This document shows positions 15,001 to 30,000 of a DNA stretch of 64,000 nucleotides, one piece after another. Origin of the DNA: Eledone cirrhosa (Eukaryota); the NCBI GenBank assembly GCA_964016885.1, contig OZ024744.1:78678001-78742000 (forward strand), written 5' to 3'. Each line of letters begins with the position of its first letter. Within the stretch, counting starts at the first letter, position 1. Under the pieces are notes generated by a model that was not told where the DNA came from, made no database searches, and was given only the letters and a program-made list of their open reading frames with translations. Both the position numbers and the translations under genes were made by a program.

Positions 15001-18000
15001 TGAGAGTTGCTCTTGGCAGGATGTTATCTGTGTAGTTGGTTCATGAGGTTGGTAGTGAGAGAGTTGCTCTTGGCAGGATGTTATCTGTGTAGTTGGTTCA
15101 TGAGGTTGTTAGTTTGAGAGTTGCCTCTTGGCAGGATGTTATCTGTGTAGTTGGTTCATGAGATTGTTAGTTTGAGAGTTGCTCTTGGCAGGATGTTATC
15201 TGTGTAGTTGGTTCATGAGGTTGCTAGTGAGAGAGTTGCTCTTGGCAGGATGTTATCTGTGTAGTTGGTTCATGAGGTTGTTAGTTTGAGAGTTGCCTCT
15301 TGGCAGGATGTTATCTGTGTAGTTGGTTCATGAGGTTGTTAGTGAGAGAGTTGCTCTTGGCAGGATGTTATCTGTGTAGTTGGTTCATGAGGTTGTTAGT
15401 TTGAGAGTTGCTCTTGGCAGGATGTTATCTGTGTAGTTGGTTCATGAGGTTGTTAGTTTGAGAGTTGCTCTTGGCAGGATGTTATCTGTGTAGTTGGTTC
15501 ATGAGGTTGTCAGTTTGAGAGTTGCTCTTGGCAGGATGTTATCTGTGTAGTTGGTTCATGAGGTTGTTAGTTTGAGAGTTGCCTCTTGGCAGGATGTTAT
15601 CTGTGTAGTTGGTTCATGAGGTTGTCAGTTTGAGAGTTGCTCTTGGCAGGATGTTATCTGTGTAGTAGGTTCATGAGGTTGTTAGTTTGATAGTTGCCTC
15701 TTTGCAGGATGTTATCTGTGTAGTTGGTTCATGAGGTTGTTAGTCTGAGAGTTGCTCTTGGCAGGATGTTATCTGTGTAACTGGTTCATGAGGTTGTTAG
15801 TGAGAGAGTTGCCTCTTGGCAGCATGTTATCTGTGTAGTTGGTTCATGAGGTTGTTAGTGAGAGAGTTGCTCTTGGCAGGATGTTATCTGTGTAGTTGGT
15901 TCATGAGGTTGTTAGTGAGAGAGTTGCTCTTGGCATGGTGTTATCTGTGTAGTTGGTTCATGAGGTTGTTAGTTTGAGAGTTGCTCTTGGCAGGATGTTA
16001 TCTGTGTAGTTGTTTCATGAGGTTATTAGTTTGAGAGTTGCTCTTGGCAGGATGTTATCTGTGTAGTTGGTTAATGAGGTTGCTAGTTTGAGAGTTGCCT
16101 CTTGGCAGGATGTTATCTGTGTAGTTGGTTCATGAGGTTGTTAGTTTGAGAGTTGCTCTTGGCAGGATGTTATCTGTGTAGTTGGTACATGAGGTTGGTA
16201 GTTTGAGAGTTGCCTCTTGGCAGGATGTTATCTGTGTAGTTGGTTCATGAGGTTGTTAGTTTGAGAGTTGCCTCTTGGCAGGATGTTATCTGTGTAACTG
16301 GTTCACGATGTTGTTAGTTTGAGAGTTGCTCTTGGCAGGATGTTATCTGTGTAGTTGGTTCATGAGGTTGTTAGTTTGAGAGTTGCTCTTGGCAGGATGT
16401 TATCTGTGTAGTTGGTTAATGAGGTTCTTAGTTTGAGAGTTGCCACTTGGCAGGATGTTATCTGTGTAGTTGGTTCATGAGGTTGTTAGTTTGAGAGTTG
16501 CCTCTTGGCAGGATGTTATCTGTGTAACTGGTTCATGAGGTTGTTAGTTTGAGAGTTGCTCTTGGCAGGATGTTATCTGTGTAGCTGGTTCATGAGGTTG
16601 TTAGTTTGAGAGTTGCTCTTGGCAGGATGTTATCTGTGTAGTTGGTTCATGAGGTTGTTAGTTTGAGAGTTGCTCTTGGCAGGATGTTATCTGTGTAGCT
16701 GGTTCATGAGATTGTTAGTTTGAGAGTTGCTCTTGGCAGGATGTTATCTGTGTAGTTGGTTCATGAGGTTGTTAGTTTGAGAGTTGCTCTTGGCAGGATG
16801 TTATCTGTGTAGCTGGTTCATGAGGTTGTTAGTTTGAGAATTGCTCTTGGCAGGATGTTATCTGTGTAGTTGGTTAATGAGGTTGTTAGTTTGAGAGTTG
16901 CCACTTGGCAGGATGTTATCTGTGTAGTTGGTTCATGAGGTTGTTAGTTTGAGAGTTGCCTCTTGGCAGGATGTTATCTGTGTAACTGGTTCATGAGGTT
17001 GTTAGTTTGAGAGTTGCTCTTGGCAGGATGTTATCTGTGTAGCTGGTTCATGAGGTTGTTAGTTTGAGAGTTGCCACTTGGCAGGATGTTATCTGTGTAG
17101 TTGGTTCATGAGGTTGTTAGTTTTAGAGTTGCTCTTGGCAGGATGTTATCTGTGTAACTGGTTCATGAGGTTGTTAGTTTGAGAGTTGCTCTTGGCAGGA
17201 TGTTATCTGTGTAATTGGTTCATGAGGTTGTTAGTTTGAGAGTTGCCTCTTGGCAGGATGTTATCTGTGTAGTTGGTTCATGAGGTTGTTAGTTTGAGAG
17301 TTGCTCTTGGCAGGATGTTATCTGTGTAACTGGTTCATGAGGTTGTTAGTTTGAGAGTTGCTCTTGGCAGGATGTTATCTGTGTAGTTGGTTCATGAGGT
17401 TGTTAGTTTGAGAGTTGCTCTTGGCAGGATGTTATCTGTGTAGTTGGTTCATGAGGTTGTTAGTGAGAGAGTTGCTCTTGGCAGGATGTTATCTGTGTAG
17501 TTGGTTCATGAGGTTGTTAGTTTGAGAGTTGCTCTTGGCAGGATGTTATCTGTGTAGTTGGTTCATGAGGTTGTTAGTTTGAGAGTTGCCTCTTGGCGGG
17601 ATGTTATCTGTGTAACTGGTTCATGAGGTTGTTAGTTTGAGAGTTGCTCTTGGCAGGATGTTATCTGTGTAGCTGGTTCATGAGGTTGTTAGTTTGAGAG
17701 TTGCTCTTGGCAGCATGTTATCTGTGTAGTTGGTTCATGAGGTTGTTAGTTTGAGAGTTGCTCTTGGCAGGATGTTATCTGTGTAGCTGGTTCATGAGGT
17801 TGTTAGTTTGAGAGTTGCTCTTGGCAGGATGTTATCTGTGTAGTTGGTTAATGAGGTTGTTAGTTTGAGAGTTGCTCTTGGCAGGATGTTATCTGTGTAG
17901 TTGGTTCATGAAGTTGTTAGTTTGAGAGTTGCTCTTGGCAGGATGTTATCTGTGTAGTTGGTTCATGAGATTGTTAGTGAGAGAGTTGCTCTTGGCAGGA

Positions 18001-21000
18001 TGTTATCTGTGTAGTTGGTTCATGAGGTTGTTAGTTTGAGAGTTGCTCTTGGCAGGATGTTATCTGTGTAGTTGGTTCATGAGGTTGTTTGTTTGAGAGT
18101 TGCTCTTGGCAGCATGTTATCTGTGTAGTTGGTTAATGAGGTTGTTAGTTTGAGAGTTGCTCTTGGCAGGATGTTATCTGTGTAGTTGGTTCATGAGGTT
18201 GTTAGTGACAGAGTTGCTCTTGGCAGGATGTTATCTGTGTAGTTGGTTCATGAGGTTGTTAGTTTGAGAGTTGCTCTTGGCAGGATGTTATCTGTGTAGT
18301 TGGTTCATGAGGTTGTTAGTTTGAGAGTTGCTCTTGGCAGGATGTTATCTGTGTAGTTGGTTCATGAGGTTGTCAGTTTGAGAGTTGCTCTTGGCAGGAT
18401 GTTATCTGTGTAGTTGGTTCATGAGGTTGTTAGTTTGAGAGTTGCCTCTTGGCAGGATGTTATCTGTGTAGTTGGTTCATGAGGTTGTCAGTTTGAGAGT
18501 TGCTCTTGGCAGGATGTTATCTGTGTAGTAGGTTCATGAGGTTGTTAGTTTGATAGTTGCCTCTTTGCAAGATGTTATCTGTGTAGTTGGTTCATGAGGT
18601 TGTTAGTCTGAGAGTTGCTCTTGGCAGGATGTTATCTGTGTAACTGGTTCATGAGGTTGTTAGTGAGAGAGTTGCCTCTTGGCAGCATGTTATCTGTGTA
18701 GTTGGTTCATGAGGTTGTTAGTGAGAGAGTTGCTCTTGGCAGGATGTTATCTGTGTAGTTGGTTCATGAGGTTGTTAGTGAGAGAGTTGCTCTTGGCATG
18801 GTGTTATCTGTGTAGTTGGTTCATGAGGTTGTTAGTTTGAGAGTTGCTCTTGGCAGGATGTTATCTGTGTAGTTGTTTCATGAGGTTATTAGTTTGAGAG
18901 TTGCTCTTGGCAGGATGTTATCTGTGTAGTTGGTTAATGAGGTTGTTAGTTTGAGAGTTGCCTCTTGGCAGGATGTTATCTGTGTAGTTGGTTCATGAGG
19001 TTGTTAGTTTGAGAGTTGCTCTTGGCAGGATGTTATCTGTGTAGTTGGTACATGAGGTTGGTAGTTTGAGAGTTGCCTCTTGGCAGGATGTTATCTGTGT
19101 AGTTGGTTCATGAGGTTGTTAGTTTGAGAGTTGCCTCTTGGCAGGATGTTATCTGTGTAACTGGTTCATGATGTTGTTAGTTTGAGAGTTGCTCTTGGCA
19201 GGATGTTATCTGTGTAGTTGGTTCATGAGGTTGTTAGTTTGAGAGTTGCTCTTGGCAGGATGTTATCTGTGTAGTTGGTTAATGAGGTTCTTAGTTTGAG
19301 AGTTGCCACTTGGCAGGATGTTATCTGTGTAGTTGGTTCATGAGGTTGTTAGTTTGAGAGTTGCCTCTTGGCAGGATGTTATCTGTGTAACTGGTTCATG
19401 AGGTTGTTAGTTTGAGAGTTGCTCTTGGCAGGATGTTATCTGTGTAGCTGGTTCATGAGGTTGTTAGTTTGAGAGTTGCTCTTGGCAGGATGTTATCTGT
19501 GTAGTTGGTTCATGAGGTTGTTAGTTTGAGAGTTGCTCTTGGCAGGATGTTATCTGTGTAGCTGGTTCATGAGATTGTTAGTTTGAGAGTTGCTCTTGGC
19601 AGGATGTTATCTGTGTAGTTGGTTCATGAGGTTGTTAGTTTGAGAGTTGCTCTTGGCAGGATGTTATCTGTGTAGCTGGTTCATGAGGTTGTTAGTTTGA
19701 GAGTTGCTCTTGGCAGGATGTTATCTGTGTAGTTGGTTAATGAGGTTGTTAGTTTGAGAGTTGCCACTTGGCAGGATGTTATCTGTGTAGTTGGTTCATG
19801 AGGTTGTTAGTTTGAGAGTTGCCTCTTGGCAGGATGTTATCTGTGTAACTGGTTCATGAGGTTGTTAGTTTGAGAGTTGCTCTTGGCAGGATGTTATCTG
19901 TGTAGCTGGTTCATGAGGTTGTTAGTTTGAGAGTTGCCACTTGGCAGGATGTTATCTGTGTAGTTGGTTCATGAGGTTGTTAGTTTGAGAGTTGCTCTTG
20001 GCAGGATGTTATCTGTGTAACATGTTCATGAGGTTGTTAGTTTGAGAGTTGCTCTTGGCAGGATGTTATCTGTGTAATTGGTTCATGAGGTTGTTAGTTT
20101 GAGAGTTGCCTCTTGGCAGGATGTTATCTGTGTAGTTGGTTCATGAGGTTGTTAGTTTGAGAGTTGCTCTTGGCAGGATGTTATCTGTGTAACTGGTTCA
20201 TGAGGTTGTTAGTTTGAGAGTTGCTCTTGGCAGGATGTTATCTGTGTAGTTGGTTCATGAGGTTGTTAGTTTGAGAGTTGCTCTTGGCAGGATGTTATCT
20301 GTGTAGTTGGTTCATGAGGTTGTTAGTGAGAGAGTTGCTCTTGGCAGGATGTTATCTGTGTAGTTGGTTAATGAGGTTGTTAGTTTGAGAGTTGCTCTTG
20401 GCAGGATGTTATCTGTGTAGTTGGTTCATGAAGTTGTTAGTTTGAGAGTTGCTCTTGGCAGGATGTTATCTGTGTAGTTGGTTCATGAGATTGTTAGTGA
20501 GAGAGTTGCTCTTGGCAGGATGTTATCTGTGTAGTTGGTTCATGAGGTTGTTAGTTTGAGAGTTGCTCTTGGCAGCATGTTATCTGTGTAGTTGGTTCAT
20601 GAGGTTGTTTGTTTGAGAGTTGCTCTTGGCAGCATGTTATCTGTGTAGTTGGTTAATGAGGTTGTTAGTTTGAGAGTTGCTCTTGGCAGGATGTTATCTG
20701 TGTAGTTGGTTCATGAGGTTGTTAGTGACAGAGTTGCTCTTGGCAGGATGTTATCTGTGTAGTTGGTTCATGAGGTTGTTAGTTTGAGAGTTGCTCTTGG
20801 CAGGATGTTATCTGTGTAGTTGGTTCATGAGGTTGTTAGTTTGAGAGTTGCTCTTGGCAGGATGTTATCTGTGTAGTTGGTTCATGAGGTTGTCAGTTTG
20901 AGAGTTGCTCTTGGCAGGATGTTATCTGTGTAGTTGGTTCATGAGGTTGTTAGTTTGAGAGTTGCCTCTTGGCAGGATGTTATCTGTGTAGTTGGTTCAT

Positions 21001-24000
21001 GAGGTTGTCAGTTTGAGAGTTGCTCTTGGCAGGATGTTATCTGTGTAGTAGGTTCATGAGGTTGTTAGTTTGATAGTTGCCTCTTTGCAAGATGTTATCT
21101 GTGTAGTTGGTTCATGAGGTTGTTAGTCTGAGAGTTGCTCTTGGCAGGATGTTATCTGTGTAACTGGTTCATGAGGTTGTTAGTGAGAGAGTTGCCTCTT
21201 GGCAGCATGTTATCTGTGTAGTTGGTTCATGAGGTTGTTAGTGAGAGAGTTGCTCTTGGCAGGATGTTATCTGTGTAGTTGGTTCATGAGGTTGTTAGTG
21301 AGAGAGTTGCTCTTGGCATGGTGTTATCTGTGTAGTTGGTTCATGAGGTTGTTAGTTTGAGAGTTGCTCTTGGCAGGATGTTATCTGTGTAGTTGTTTCA
21401 TGAGGTTATTAGTTTGAGAGTTGCTCTTGGCAGGATGTTATCTGTGTAGTTGGTTAATGAGGTTGTTAGTTTGAGAGTTGCCTCTTGGCAGGATGTTATC
21501 TGTGTAGTTGGTTCATGAGGTTGTTAGTTTGAGAGTTGCTCTTGGCAGGATGTTATCTGTGTAGTTGGTACATGAGGTTGGTAGTTTGAGAGTTGCCTCT
21601 TGGCAGGATGTTATCTGTGTAGTTGGTTCATGAGGTTGTTAGTTTGAGAGTTGCCTCTTGGCAGGATGTTATCTGTGTAACTGGTTCATGATGTTGTTAG
21701 TTTGAGAGTTGCTCTTGGCAGGATGTTATCTGTGTAGTTGGTTCATGAGGTTGTTAGTTTGAGAGTTGCTCTTGGCAGGATGTTATCTGTGTAGTTGGTT
21801 AATGAGGTTCTTAGTTTGAGAGTTGCCACTTGGCAGGATGTTATCTGTGTAGTTGGTTCATGAGGTTGTTAGTTTGAGAGTTGCCTCTTGGCAGGATGTT
21901 ATCTGTGTAACTGGTTCATGAGGTTGTTAGTTTGAGAGTTGCTCTTGGCAGGATGTTATCTGTGTAGCTGGTTCATGAGGTTGTTAGTTTGAGAGTTGCT
22001 CTTGGCAGGATGTTATCTGTGTAGTTGGTTCATGAGGTTGTTAGTTTGAGAGTTGCTCTTGGCAGGATGTTATCTGTGTAGCTGGTTCATGAGATTGTTA
22101 GTTTGAGAGTTGCTCTTGGCAGGATGTTATCTGTGTAGTTGGTTCATGAGGTTGTTAGTTTGAGAGTTGCTCTTGGCAGGATGTTATCTGTGTAGCTGGT
22201 TCATGAGGTTGTTAGTTTGAGAGTTGCTCTTGGCAGGATGTTATCTGTGTAGTTGGTTAATGAGGTTGTTAGTTTGAGAGTTGCCACTTGGCAGGATGTT
22301 ATCTGTGTAGTTGGTTCATGAGGTTGTTAGTTTGAGAGTTGCCTCTTGGCAGGATGTTATCTGTGTAACTGGTTCATGAGGTTGTTAGTTTGAGAGTTGC
22401 TCTTGGCAGGATGTTATCTGTGTAGCTGGTTCATGAGGTTGTTAGTTTGAGAGTTGCCACTTGGCAGGATGTTATCTGTGTAGTTGGTTCATGAGGTTGT
22501 TAGTTTGAGAGTTGCTCTTGGCAGGATGTTATCTGTGTAACTGGTTCATGAGGTTGTTAGTTTGAGAGTTGCTCTTGGCAGGATGTTATCTGTGTAATTG
22601 GTTCATGAGGTTGTTAGTTTGAGAGTTGCCTCTTGGCAGGATGTTATCTGTGTAGTTGGTTCATGAGGTTGTTAGTTTGAGAGTTGCTCTTGGCAGGATG
22701 TTATCTGTGTAACTGGTTCATGAGGTTGTTAGTTTGAGAGTTGCTCTTGGCAGGATGTTATCTGTGTAGTTGGTTCATGAGGTTGTTAGTTTGAGAGTTG
22801 CTCTTGGCAGGATGTTATCTGTGTAGTTGGTTCATGAGGTTGTTAGTGAGAGAGTTGCTCTTGGCAGGATGTTATCTGTGTAGTTGGTTCATGAGGTTGT
22901 TAGTTTGAGAGTTGCTCTTGGCAGGATGTTATCTGTGTAGTTGGTTCATGAGGTTGTTAGTTTGAGAGTTGCCTCTTGGCGGGATGTTATCTGTGTAACT
23001 GGTTCATGAGGTTGTTAGTTTGAGAGTTGCTCTTGGCAGGATGTTATCTGTGTAGCTGGTTCATGAGGTTGTTAGTTTGAGAGTTGCTCTTGGCAGCATG
23101 TTATCTGTGTAGTTGGTTCATGAGGTTGTTAGTTTGAGAGTTGCTCTTGGCAGGATGTTATCTGTGTAGCTGGTTCATGAGGTTGTTAGTTTGAGAGTTG
23201 CTCTTGGCAGGATGTTATCTGTGTAGTTGGTTCATGAGGTTGTTAGTTTGAGAGTTGCTCTTGGCAGGATGTTATCTGTGTAGTTGGTTCATGAAGTTGT
23301 TAGTTTGAGAGTTGCTCTTGGCAGGATGTTATCTGTGTAGTTGGTTCATGAGATTGTTAGTGAGAGAGTTGCTCTTGGCAGGATGTTATCTGTGTAGTTG
23401 GTTCATGAGGTTGTTAGTTTGAGAGTTGCTCTTGGCAGGATGTTATCTGTGTAGTTGGTTCATGAGGTTGTTTGTTTGAGAGTTGCTCTTGGCAGCATGT
23501 TATCTGTGTAGTTGGTTAATGAGGTTGTTAGTTTGAGAGTTGCTCTTGGCAGGATGTTATCTGTGTAGTTGGTTCATGAGGTTGTTAGTTTGAGAGTTGC
23601 TCTTGGCAGGATGTTATCTGTGTAGTTGGTTCATGAGGTTGTTAGTTTGAGAGTTGCTCTTGGCAGGATGTTATCTGTGTAGTTGGTTAATGAGGTTGTT
23701 AGTTTGAGAGTTGCTCTTGGCAGGATGTTATCTGTGTAGTTGGTTAATGAGGTTGTTAGTTTGAGAGTTGCTCTTGGCAGGATGTTATCTGTGTAGTTGG
23801 TTCATGAGGTTGTTAGTGAGAGAGTTGCTCTTGGCAGGATGTTATCTGTATAGTTGGTTCATGAGGTTGCTAGTGAGAGAATTGCTCTTGGCAGGATGTT
23901 ATCTGTGTAGTTGGTTCATGAGGTTGTTAGTTTGAGAGTTGCCACTTGGCAGGATGTTATCTGTGTAGTTGGTTCATGAGATTGTTAGTTTGAGAGTTGC

Positions 24001-27000
24001 TCTTGGCAGGATGTTATCTGTGTAGTTGGTTCATGAGGTTGCTAGTGAGAGAGTTGCTCTTGGCAGGATGTTATCTGTGTAGTTGGTTAATGAGGTTGTT
24101 AGTTTGAGAGTTGCCTCTTGGCAGGATGTTATCTGTGTAGTTGGTTCATGAGGTTGTTAGTGAGAGAGTTGCTCTTGGCAGGATGTTATCTGTGTAGTTG
24201 GTTCATGAGGTTGCTAGTGAGAGAGTTGCTCTTGGCAGGATGTTATCTGTGTAGTTGGTTCATGAGGTTGTTAGTGAGAGAGTTGCTCTTGGCAGGATGT
24301 TATCTGTGTAGTTGGTTCATGAGCTTGTTAGTGAGAGAGTTGCTCTTGGCAGGATGTTATCTGTGTAGTTGGTTCATGAGGTTGCTAGTGAGAGAGTTGC
24401 TCTTGGCAGGATGTTATCTGTGTAGTTGGTTCATGAGGTTGTTAGTTTGAGAGTTGCTCTTGGCAGGATGTTATCTGTGTAGTTGGTTCATGAGATTGTT
24501 AGTTTGAGAGTTGCTCTTGGCAGGATGTTATATGTGTAGTTGGTTCATGAGGTTGCTAGTGAGAGAGTTGCTCTTGGCAGGATGTTATCTGTGTAGCTGG
24601 TTCATGAGGTTGTTAGTTTGAGAGTTGCTCTTGGCAGGATGTTATCTGTGTAGTTGGTTCATGAGGTTGTTAGTTTGAGAGTTGCTCTTGGCAGGATGTT
24701 ATCTGTGTAACTGGTTCATGAGGTTGTTAGTGAGAGAGTTGCCTCTTGGCAGCATGTTATCTGTGTAGTTGGTTCATGAGGTTGTTAGTTTGAGAGTTGC
24801 TCTTGGCAGGATGTTATCTGTGTAGTTGGTTCATGAGATTGTTAGTTTGAGAGTTGCTCTTGGCAGGATGTTATCTGTGTAGCTGGTTCATGAGTTTGTT
24901 AGTTTGAGAGTTGCTCTTGGCAGGATGTTATCTGTGTAGTTGGTTCATGAGATTGTTAGTTTGAGAGTTGCCTCTTGGCAGGATGTTATCTGTGTAGTTG
25001 GTTCATGAGGCTGTTAGTTTGAGAGTTGCTCTTGGCAGGATGTTATCTGTGTAGTTGGTTCATGAGGTTGTTAGTGAGAGAGTTGCTCTTGGCAGGATGT
25101 TATCTGTGTTGTTGGTTCATGAGGTTGTTAGTGAGAGAGTTGCTCTTGGCAGGATGTTATCTGTGTAGTTGGTTCATGAGGTTGCTAGTGAGAGAGTTGC
25201 TCTTGGCAGGATGTTATCTGTGTAGCTGGTTCATGAGTTTGTTAGTTTGAGAGTTGCTCTTGGCAGGATGTTATCTGTGTAGTTGGTTCATGAGATTGTT
25301 AGTTTGAGAGTTGCTCTTGGCAGGATGTTATCTGTGTAGTTGGTTCATGAGGTTGCTAGTGAGAGAGTTGCTCTTGGCAGGATGTTATCTGTGTAGTTGG
25401 TTCATGAGGTTGGTAGTGAGAGAGTTGCCTCTTGGCAGGATGTTATCTGTGTAGTTGGTTCATGAGGTTGTTAGTTTGAGAGTTGCCTCTTGGCAGGATG
25501 TTATCTGTGTAGTTGGTTCATGAGGTTGTTAGTTTGAGAGTTGCTCTTGGCAGCATGTTATCTGTGTAGTTGGTTCATGAGGTTGTTAGTTTGAGAGTTG
25601 CCTCTTGGCAGGATGTTATCTGTGTAGTTGGTTCATGAGGTTGTTAGTTTGAGAGTTGCTCTTGGCAGGATGTTATCTGTGTAGTTGGTTCATGAGGTTG
25701 TTAGTTTAAGAGTTGCTCTTGGCAGGATGTTATCTGTGTAGTTGGTTCATGAGGTTGTTAGTTTGAGAGTTGCCTCTTGGCAGGATGTTATCTGTGTAGT
25801 TGGTTCATGAGGTTGTTAGTTTGAGAGTTGCCTCTTGGCAGGATGTTATCTGTGTAGTTGGTTCATGAGGTTGCTAGTGAGAGAGTTGCTCTTGGCAGGA
25901 TGTTATCTGTGTAGTTGGTTCATGAGGTTGTTAGTTTGAGAGTTGCCTCTTGGCAGGATGTTATCTGTGTAGTTGGTTCATGAGGTTGTTAGTTTGAGAG
26001 TTGCCTCTTGGCAGGATGTTATCTGTGTAGTTGGTTCATGAGGTTGTTAGTTTGAGAGTTGCTCTTGGCAGGATGTTATCTGTGTAGTTGGTTCATGAGG
26101 TTGTTAGTTTGAGAGTTGCCTCTTGGCAGGATGTTATCTGTGTAGTTGGTTCATGAGGTTGCTAGTGAGAGAGTTGCTCTTGGCAGGATGTTATCTGTGT
26201 AGTTGGTTCATGAGGTTGTTAGTTTGAGAGTTGCCTCTTGGCAGGATGTTATCTGTGTAGTTGGTTCATGAGGTTGTTAGTTTGAGAGTTGCCTCTTGGC
26301 AGGATGTTATCTGTGTAGTTGGTTCATGAGGTTGTTAGTTTGAGAGTTGCTCTTGGCAGCATGTTATCTGTGTAGTTGGTTCATGAGGTTGTTAGTGAGA
26401 GAGTTGCTCTTGGCAGGATGTTATCTGTGTAGTTGGTTCATGAGGTTGCTAGTGAGAGAGTTGCTCTTGGCAGGATGTTATCTGTGTAGTTGGTTCATGA
26501 GGTTGGTAGTGAGAGAGTTGCTCTTGGCAGGATGTTTTCTGTGTAGTTGGTTCATGAGATTGTTAGTGAGAGAGTTGCTCTTGGCAGGATGTTATCTGTG
26601 TAGTTGGTTCATGAGGTTGTTAGTTTGAGAGTTGCTCTTGGCAGGATGTTATCTGTGGAGCTAGTTCATGAGGTTGTTAGTGAGAGAGTTGCTCTTGGCA
26701 GGATGTTATCTGTGTAGTTGGTTCATGAGATTGTTAGTTTGAGAGTTGCTCTTGGCAGGATGTTATCTGTGTAGTTGGTTCATGAGGTTGCTAGTGAGAG
26801 AGTTGCTCTTGGCAGGATGTTATCTGTGTAGTTGGTTCATGAGGTTGGTAGTGAGAGAGTTGCCTCTTGGCAGGATGTTATCTGTGTAGTTGGTTCATGA
26901 GGTTGTTAGTTTGAGAGTTGCTCTTGGCAGCATGTTATCTGTGTAGTTGGTTCATGAGGTTGTTAGTTTGAGAGTTGCCTCTTGGCAGGATGTTATCTGT

Positions 27001-30000
27001 GTAGTTGGTTCATGAGGTTGTTAGTTTGAGAGTTGCTCTTGGCAGGATGTTATCTGTGTAGTTGGTTCATGAGGTTGTTAGTTTGAGAGTTGCTCTTGGC
27101 AGGATGTTATCTGTGTAGTTGGTTCATGAGGTTGTTTTTTTGAGAGTTGCCTCTTGGCAGGATGTTATCTGTGTAGTTGGTTCATGAGGTTGTTAGTTTG
27201 AGAGTTGCCTCTTGGCAGGATGTTATCTGTGTAGTTGGTTCATGAGGTTGCTAGTGAGAGAGTTGCTCTTGGCAGGATGTTATCTGTGTAGTTGGTTCAT
27301 GAGGTTGTTAGTTTGAGAGTTGCCTCTTGGCAGGATGTTATCTGTGTAGTTGGTTCATGAGGTTGTTAGTTTGAGAGTTGCCTCTTGGCAGGATGTTATC
27401 TGTGTAGTTGGTTCATGAGGTTGTTAGTTTGAGAGTTGCTCTTGGCAGGATGTTATCTGTGTAGTTGGTTCATGAGGTTGTTAGTTTGAGAGTTGCCTCT
27501 TGGCAGGATGTTATCTGTGTAGTTGGTTCATGAGGTTGCTAGTGAGAGAGTTGCTCTTGGCAGGATGTTATCTGTGTAGTTGGTTCATGAGGTTGTTAGT
27601 TTGAGAGTTGCCTCTTGGCAGGATGTTATCTGTGTAGTTGGTTCATGAGGTTGTTAGTTTGAGAGTTGCCTCTTGGCAGGATGTTATCTGTGTAGTTGGT
27701 TCATGAGGTTGTTAGTTTGAGAGTTGCTCTTGGCAGCATGTTATCTGTGTAGTTGGTTCATGAGGTTGTTAGTGAGAGAGTTGCTCTTGGCAGGATGTTA
27801 TCTGTGTAGTTGGTTCATGAGGTTGCTAGTGAGAGAGTTGCTCTTGGCAGGATGTTATCTGTGTAGTTGGTTCATGAGGTTGGTAGTGAGAGAGTTGCTC
27901 TTGGCAGGATGTTTTCTGTGTAGTTGGTTCATGAGATTGTTAGTGAGAGAGTTGCTCTTGGCAGGATGTTATCTGTGTAGTTGGTTCATGAGGTTGTTAG
28001 TTTGAGAGTTGCTCTTGGCAGGATGTTATCTGTGCAGCTGGTTCATGAGGTTGTTAGTGAGAGAGTTGCTCTTGGCAGGATGTTATCTGTGCAGCTGGTT
28101 CATGAGGTTGTTAGTTTGAGAGTTGCTCTTGGCAGGATGTTATCTGTGTAGTTGGTTCATGAGGTTGTTAGTGAGAGAGTTGCTCTTGGCAGGATGTTAT
28201 CTGTGTAGTTGGTTCATGAGGTTGGTAGTGAGAGAGTTGCTCTTGGCAGGATGTTATCTGTGTAGTTGGTTCATGAGGTTGGTAGTGAGAGAGTTGCCTC
28301 TTGGCAGGATGTTATCTGTGTAGTTGGTTCATGAGGTTGTTAGTTTGAGAGTTGCCTCTTGGCAGGATGTTATCTGTGTAGTTGGTTCATGAGGTTGTTA
28401 GTGAGAGAGTTGCTCTTGGCAGGATGTTATCTGTGTAGTTGGTTCATGAGGTTGTTAGTTTGAGAGTTGCTCTTGGCAGGATGTTATCTGTGTAGTTGGT
28501 TCATGAGGTTGTTAGTGAGAGAGTTGCTCTTGGCAGGATGTTATCTGTGTAGTTGGTTCATGAGGTTGTTAGTTTGAGAGTTGCCTCTTGGCAGGATGTT
28601 ATCTGTGTAACTGGTTCATGAGGTTGTTAGTTTGAGAGTTGCTCTTGGCAGGATGTTATCTGTGTAGTTGGTTCATGAGGTTGTTATTTTGAGAGTTGCT
28701 CTTGGCAGGATGTTATCTGTGTAGTTGGTTCATGAGGTTGTTAGTGAGAGAGTTGCTCTTGGCATGGTGTTATCTGTGTAGTTGGTTCATGTGGTTGTTA
28801 GTGAGAGAGTTGCTCTTGGCAGGGTGTTATCTGTGTAACTGGTTCATGAGGCTGTTAGTGAGAGAGTTGCTCTTGGCAGGATGTTATGTGTGTAGTTGGT
28901 TCATGAGGTTGTTAGTTTGAGAGTTGCTCTTGGCAGGATGTTATCTGTGTAGTTGGTTCATGAGGTTGTTTGTTTGAGAGTTGCTCTTGGCAGGATGTTA
29001 TCTGTGTAGTTGGTTAATGAGGTTGTTAGTTTGAGAGTTGCTCTTGGCAGGATGTTATCTGTGTAGTTGGTTCATGAGGTTGTTTGTTTGAGAGTTGCTC
29101 TTGGCAGGATGTTATCTGTGTAGTTGGTTCATGAGGTTGTTTGTTTGAGAGTTGCTCTTGGCAGGATGTTATCTGTGTAGTTGGTTCATGAGGTTGTTAG
29201 TTTGAGAGTTGCTCTTGGCAGGATGTTATCTGTGTAGCTGGTTCATGAGGTTGTTAGTGAGAGAGTTGCTCTTGGCAGGATGTTATCTGTGTAGTTGGTT
29301 CATGAGGTTGTTAGTTTGAGAGTTGCTCTTGGCAGGATGTTATCTGTGTAGTTGGTTCATGAGGTTGTTAGTTTGAGAGTTGCTCTTGGCAGGATGTTAT
29401 CTGTGTAGCTGGTTCATGAGGTTGTTAGTTTGAGAGTTGCTCTTGGCAGGATGTTATCTGTGTAGTTGGTTCATGAGGTTGTTTGTTTGAGAGTTGCTCT
29501 TGGCAGGATGTTATCTGTGTAGTTGGTTAATGAGGTTGTTAGTTTGAGAGTTGCTCTTGGCAGGATGTTATCTGTGTAGTTGGTTCATGAGGTTGTTAGT
29601 TTGAGAGTTGCTCTTGGCATGGTGTTATCTGTGTAGTTGGTTCATGAGGTTGTTAGTTTGAGAGTTGCTCTTGGCAGGATGTTATCTGTGTAGTTGGTTA
29701 ATGAGGTTGTTAGTTTGAGAGTTGCTCTTGGCAGGATGTTATCTGTGTAGTTGGTTCATGAGGTTGTTTGTTTGAGAGTTGCTCTTGGCAGGATGTTATC
29801 TGTGTAGTTGGTTAATGAGGTTGTTTGTTTGAGAGTTGCTCTTGGCAGGATGTTATCTGTGTAGTTGGTTCATGAGGTTGTTTGTTTGAGAGTTGCTCTT
29901 GGCAGGATGTTATCTGTGTAGTTGGTTCATGAGGTTGTTTGTTTGAGAGTTGCTCTTGGCAGGATGTTATCTGTGTCGTTGGTTCATGAGGTTGTTAGTG